Shown here in pieces: positions 60,566 to 64,000 of a stretch of 64,000 nucleotides of DNA. The notes under the pieces were generated by a model. It saw nothing but the letters and a program-made list of their open reading frames with translations. It was not told where the DNA came from and made no database searches. This DNA comes from Alphaproteobacteria bacterium. GTDB taxonomy: Bacteria; Pseudomonadota; Alphaproteobacteria; MPNO01; UBA830. The stretch spans positions 4,416,001-4,480,000 of the forward strand of contig OZ251539.1 of the NCBI GenBank assembly GCA_965243135.1, read 5' to 3'. Position 1 is the stretch's first letter; the number at the start of each line of letters is the position of its first letter. The translations under genes and the position numbers were made by a program.

Positions 60566-61771
60566 TCAAACCCGTTCGATCACCGTCGCTATTCCTTGTC
60601 CGACGCCGATGCACATGGTGCAAAGCGCCCGCTTCCCGCCGTTGCGCTCGAGTTCGTAGAGCGCGGCGGCGATCAGCCTGGCTCCCGACATGCCGAGAGG
60701 GTGGCCGAGCGCGATGGCGCCGCCGTTGGGATTGATTCGCGGATCGTCGTCGGCAAGGCCGAGTTCGCGAGTGCAGGCGAGAGCCTGGGCGGCGAAAGCC
60801 TCGTTGAATTCCATAACGTCCATGTCGTCGAGCGCGAGGCCCGCGCGCTCCAGCGCGCGGCGAGTGGCGGGCACGGGACCGATGCCCATGATGCGCGGCG
60901 GCACCCCGGCGGTCGCGGCGGCGACGACGCGAGCGCGCGGCGTCAGGCCGTGCTTCCGCGCCGCCTCTTCGTCGGCAAGAACGAGCGCGGCGGCACCGTC
61001 GTTGACGCCCGACGAGTTGCCAGCCGTAACGGTGCCGCCTTTCCTGAAGGCAGGGCGCAGTTTCTTGAGGTCTTCCATGGCGGTGCCGTGACGCGGATGT
61101 TCGTCGGTATCGACCGTCACGGGGTCGCCGCGGCGGCGCGGCACCGCGACCGGCACGATCTCCGCCGAGAGGCGCCCTTCCTTCTGAGCGGCTTCGGCCT
61201 TGCGCTGGCTCCAGTGCGCGAACCGATCCTGGTCCTCGCGCGTGATCTGGCGCTCTTCGGCGAGATTCTCGGCGGTCTCTCCCATGGCGTCGATGCCGTA
61301 CATCTCTTCCATCTTGGGATTCACGAAGCGCCAGCCGATGGTCGTATCGTGGATCTCGGCCTTGCGGGAAAACGCTGTATCCGATTTGGCCATCACGAAG
61401 GGGGCGCGCGACATGCTCTCGACGCCGCCGGCGACGACGAGGCCGGCCTCCCCGGTCCGGATCGCCCGCGCGCCCTGAGCCGTCGCTTCCATTCCGGATC
61501 CGCAGAGGCGGTTCACGGTGGCGCCGCCGACTTCGAGCGGCAGACCTGCAAGCAGGCTGGACATCCGCGCGACATTGCGGTTGTCCTCGCCTGCTTGGTT
61601 CGCGTTTCCGAAATAGACGTCGTCGGCCGCTTCCCAGTCGACCCCTTCGTTGCGGTCCATCAGGGCGCGAATGGGGACCGCGCCGAGATCGTCGGTGCGA
61701 ACGGCGCTGAGCGCGCCGCCGTAGCGGCCGATGGGAGTGCGAACTGCGTCGCAGACGAAAGCTTCCGGCAT
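60566..61771 (-). CDS. pcaF: 3-oxoadipyl-CoA thiolase
   Basis: [44 protein letters not shown]. Confidence 0.88.
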   Translation of the reverse strand: MPEAFVCDAVRTPIGRYGGALSAVRTDDLGAVPIRALMDRNEGVDWEAADDVYFGNANQAGEDNRNVARMSSLLAGLPLEVGGATVNRLCGSGMEATAQGARAIRTGEAGLVVAGGVESMSRAPFVMAKSDTAFSRKAEIHDTTIGWRFVNPKMEEMYGIDAMGETAENLAEERQITREDQDRFAHWSQRKAEAAQKEGRLSAEIVPVAVPRRRGDPVTVDTDEHPRHGTAMEDLKKLRPAFRKGGTVTAGNSSGVNDGAAALVLADEEAARKHGLTPRARVVAAATAGVPPRIMGIGPVPATRRALERAGLALDDMDVMEFNEAFAAQALACTRELGLADDDPRINPNGGAIALGHPLGMSGARLIAAALYELERNGGKRALCTMCIGVGQGIATVIERV

Positions 61772-61870
61772 GACAGAATCCCGACAGTTGCAGCGGAGCG
61801 CATTCTTGTCGATGCGCCGTCGTGCGGCAAGGCCGTTTCGCGCGGAACGGAGGCGCATCGCCGGAAAGGG

Positions 61871-61959
61871 GGCGCTCGCGCTCGCGCGCGGAGATCCGCA
61901 TTCCGGAATCTCCATAGATTCTCGTAGTGCCGGCGCTCGCGCTCGCGCGCGGAGATCCG
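61871..61959. repeat. Two exact 28-bp direct repeats separated by 33 bp in the pcaF/ECH divergent intergenic region
   Basis: GGCGCTCGCGCTCGCGCGCGGAGATCCG at 61871-61898 and 61932-61959. Confidence 0.85.
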
Positions 61960-62081
61960 GACGGGCGCAAGGTTGCGTCGCGGCCCAAATAACGGGAAGA
62001 TGGCTTGCGTGCCGATGCTGTCGATCCAGGCGCGGAAATCGAAGGCAGCCTCGCAGTCGCCGACCGCCGAAAGAGAGCAGC

Positions 62082-62891
62082 ATGAACGACGTTTACGCCG
62101 GATACGACCGGCTCAAATTCGATACCCCCTCCGAACGAGTGCTCCGGATCACCATGGACGCGCCGGGGCGCCTCAACGCCGCCGACGACAAGATGCACGA
62201 CGAGCTCGGGCGCGTCTGGAAGGATGTCGAAGCCGATCCGGCGACGTCGGCGGCGATCCTCCGCGGCGCCGGCGACGCGTTCTCGGCCGGCGGCGATTTC
62301 GAGATGATCGAAGGCATCATCGACGACTTCGAAACGCGCGCGAGAACATGGAAGGAAGCGCGCGATCTCGTCTACAACGTGATCAACTGCTCCAAGCCCA
62401 TCGTCAGCGCCATGCAGGGACCGGCCGTAGGCGCCGGCCTGGTCGCAGGGCTGCTCGCCGACATCTCCATCGCCGCCAGAACCGCCCGCATCATCGACGG
62501 ACACACGCGGCTCGGCGTCGCGGCGGGCGATCACGCGGCCATCGTCTGGCCTCTTCTCTGCGGCATGGCGAAGGCGAAGTACTTTCTGCTGCTTTGCGAA
62601 CCGATATCGGGCGAAGAAGCGGAACGCATCGGACTCGTCTCCATGTGCGTCGAAGACGACGAGTTGCAGGACGCCGCCGTGAAGGTCGCCGAAAAGCTGG
62701 CCCGCGGCGCCCCGTCGGCGATCCGCTTCACCAAATACGCGCTCAACAACTGGCTGCGCATGATGGGACCGACTTTCGACGCCTCGCTCGCGCTCGAATT
62801 CCTCGGCTTCACGGGGCCCGAAGCGCGGGAGGGACTGGCGAGCCTGAAGGAGAAGCGCCGTCCGGAATTCGATCCGAATTCCGTTCTCTGA
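62082..62891 (+). CDS. Enoyl-CoA hydratase/isomerase family protein
   Basis: [27 protein letters not shown]. Confidence 0.9.
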   Translation: MNDVYAGYDRLKFDTPSERVLRITMDAPGRLNAADDKMHDELGRVWKDVEADPATSAAILRGAGDAFSAGGDFEMIEGIIDDFETRARTWKEARDLVYNVINCSKPIVSAMQGPAVGAGLVAGLLADISIAARTARIIDGHTRLGVAAGDHAAIVWPLLCGMAKAKYFLLLCEPISGEEAERIGLVSMCVEDDELQDAAVKVAEKLARGAPSAIRFTKYALNNWLRMMGPTFDASLALEFLGFTGPEAREGLASLKEKRRPEFDPNSVL

Positions 62892-62904
62892 CGGAGACGA
62901 TGCA

Positions 62905-63771
62905 ATGCCGATCTATCGCGACTTCGACCAGGAAACGCTGAACCGGGAATACAGCGCGCGCGACACCGTGCCCGACATCGAACCGTACATTTCGGAATAC
63001 GGGCGGCTCAGCGCCGAGGCGCGGGAGACCCTCGACTGCCGCCTCGACGTGGCCTACGGCCAACATCCGGACGAGGTGGTGGACGTGTTCCCTTCGTCCG
63101 GCGGCGCGCCGATCTTCGTTTACATTCACGGCGGTTACTGGCGCATGCTGAGTTACAAGGAATCCTCCTTCATGGCGCCCTGCTTCGCGGCGGCAGGCGC
63201 CGCGACGGTGGCGGTCAACTACTCCCTCGCGCCCGCCGCGCCGCTCGACCGGATCGTGGGCCAGTGCCGCGCGGCGGTCGCCTGGACGTGGCGCAACGCG
63301 CGGGAGTTCGGGGGCGACCCCGACCGCATATTCGTCTGCGGATCGTCCGCGGGAGGGCACCTCGTCGGCATGATGGTCGCAGGCGGCTGGCGCAGCGAAG
63401 CCGGCCTCCCGGAAGACGCGATAAAGGGCGCGGTTCCGCTGAACGGGCTCCACGACCTGGAACCGGTCAGGCTTTCCAACGTCAACGATTGGGCCGGGCT
63501 CGACGAAGACGCGGCGCGGCGAAACAGCCCGATCCATCATCTGCCCGACAACGGCTGTCCGCTGATCGTCTCCTGGGGCGGCTCCGAGACCTCCGAATTC
63601 AAGCGCCAGAGTCGGCTGTACGCCGAAGCCTGTAAAGCGAAGGGATGGCAGGTCGACGCCTTCGAGCACGAGAAACGCAACCATTTCGATATCGTGTTCG
63701 ATCTGTGCGACGGCGGAAGCCTGCTCGGCCGGAAGGTTTTCGAGATGATGGGGCTTCCCGCGGAGAGCTGA
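62905..63771 (+). CDS. Alpha/beta hydrolase (arylformamidase-like)
   Basis: HGGYW, GSSAGG, NHFD. Confidence 0.85.
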   Translation: MPIYRDFDQETLNREYSARDTVPDIEPYISEYGRLSAEARETLDCRLDVAYGQHPDEVVDVFPSSGGAPIFVYIHGGYWRMLSYKESSFMAPCFAAAGAATVAVNYSLAPAAPLDRIVGQCRAAVAWTWRNAREFGGDPDRIFVCGSSAGGHLVGMMVAGGWRSEAGLPEDAIKGAVPLNGLHDLEPVRLSNVNDWAGLDEDAARRNSPIHHLPDNGCPLIVSWGGSETSEFKRQSRLYAEACKAKGWQVDAFEHEKRNHFDIVFDLCDGGSLLGRKVFEMMGLPAES

Positions 63772-63775
63772 GACG

Positions 63776-64000
63776 ATGGGACCGATACGCACCACGATCG
63801 CCGGCAGCCTTCCCAAACCCGAATGGCTCGCGGCGCCGATGAAACTCCGCGCGCCGTGGAGGCTGGAGGGCGACGCTCTCGCCGAAGGATGCGACGACGC
63901 GGTCAGCCTGTGGCTCGCCGCGCAGGAAGAGGCGGGCCTCGACATCGTCACCGACGGCGAGCAGCGGCGGCGTCATTACATCTGGGGATTCGTCGAGCAT
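63776..64000 (+). CDS. Cobalamin-independent methionine synthase II family protein (partial)
   Basis: MGPIRTTIAGSLPKPEWL...QEEAGLDIVTDGEQRRRHY. Confidence 0.8.
   Translation, partial: MGPIRTTIAGSLPKPEWLAAPMKLRAPWRLEGDALAEGCDDAVSLWLAAQEEAGLDIVTDGEQRRRHYIWGFVEH

Noticed and set aside
61871-61959. CRISPR array
   Set aside because: Only two repeats, low-complexity sequence without CRISPR-type termini, no cas genes or leader

Overview
GC-rich bacterial DNA; the gene content (GcrA-like protein, TRAP transporter, pcaF, Rieske oxygenases) suggests an alphaproteobacterium, which is an inference. A catabolic backbone (acyl-CoA ligase, TRAP dctPQM, hydantoinase/oxoprolinase A/B, acyl-CoA dehydrogenase, CoA transferase, GMC oxidoreductase, SDR, thiolase, enoyl-CoA hydratase) is interrupted by many visibly AT-richer defence-type modules. 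These are a Fic protein, a frameshifted SF1 helicase + DUF2290 pair, an Mrr-like nuclease, an Abi(HEPN)-Dsr1-ATPase-ATPase/TPR island and an HsdR-N nuclease; a GC-rich AAA/PD-(D/E)XK gene is also present. The top candidate is a tightly coupled five-gene operon (54767-58783): tandem-Ubl, E2-like, JAB-E1 fusion (Bub-like ubiquitination module), ABC/AAA_21 ATPase and PIN-like nuclease. Other features are a prophage immunity remnant with a triple-HTH GcrA-like gene at the left edge, a PspA/YjfI/YjfK/DUF350/spermidine synthase operon apparently split from its K+ channel gene by the defence island, a ~1.15 kb direct duplication of a Rieske oxygenase gene flanking ~21 kb, and degraded IS4 and IS1380 elements. 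No rRNA, tRNA or CRISPR array was recognised. All family calls come from motif recognition by eye, not database searches.
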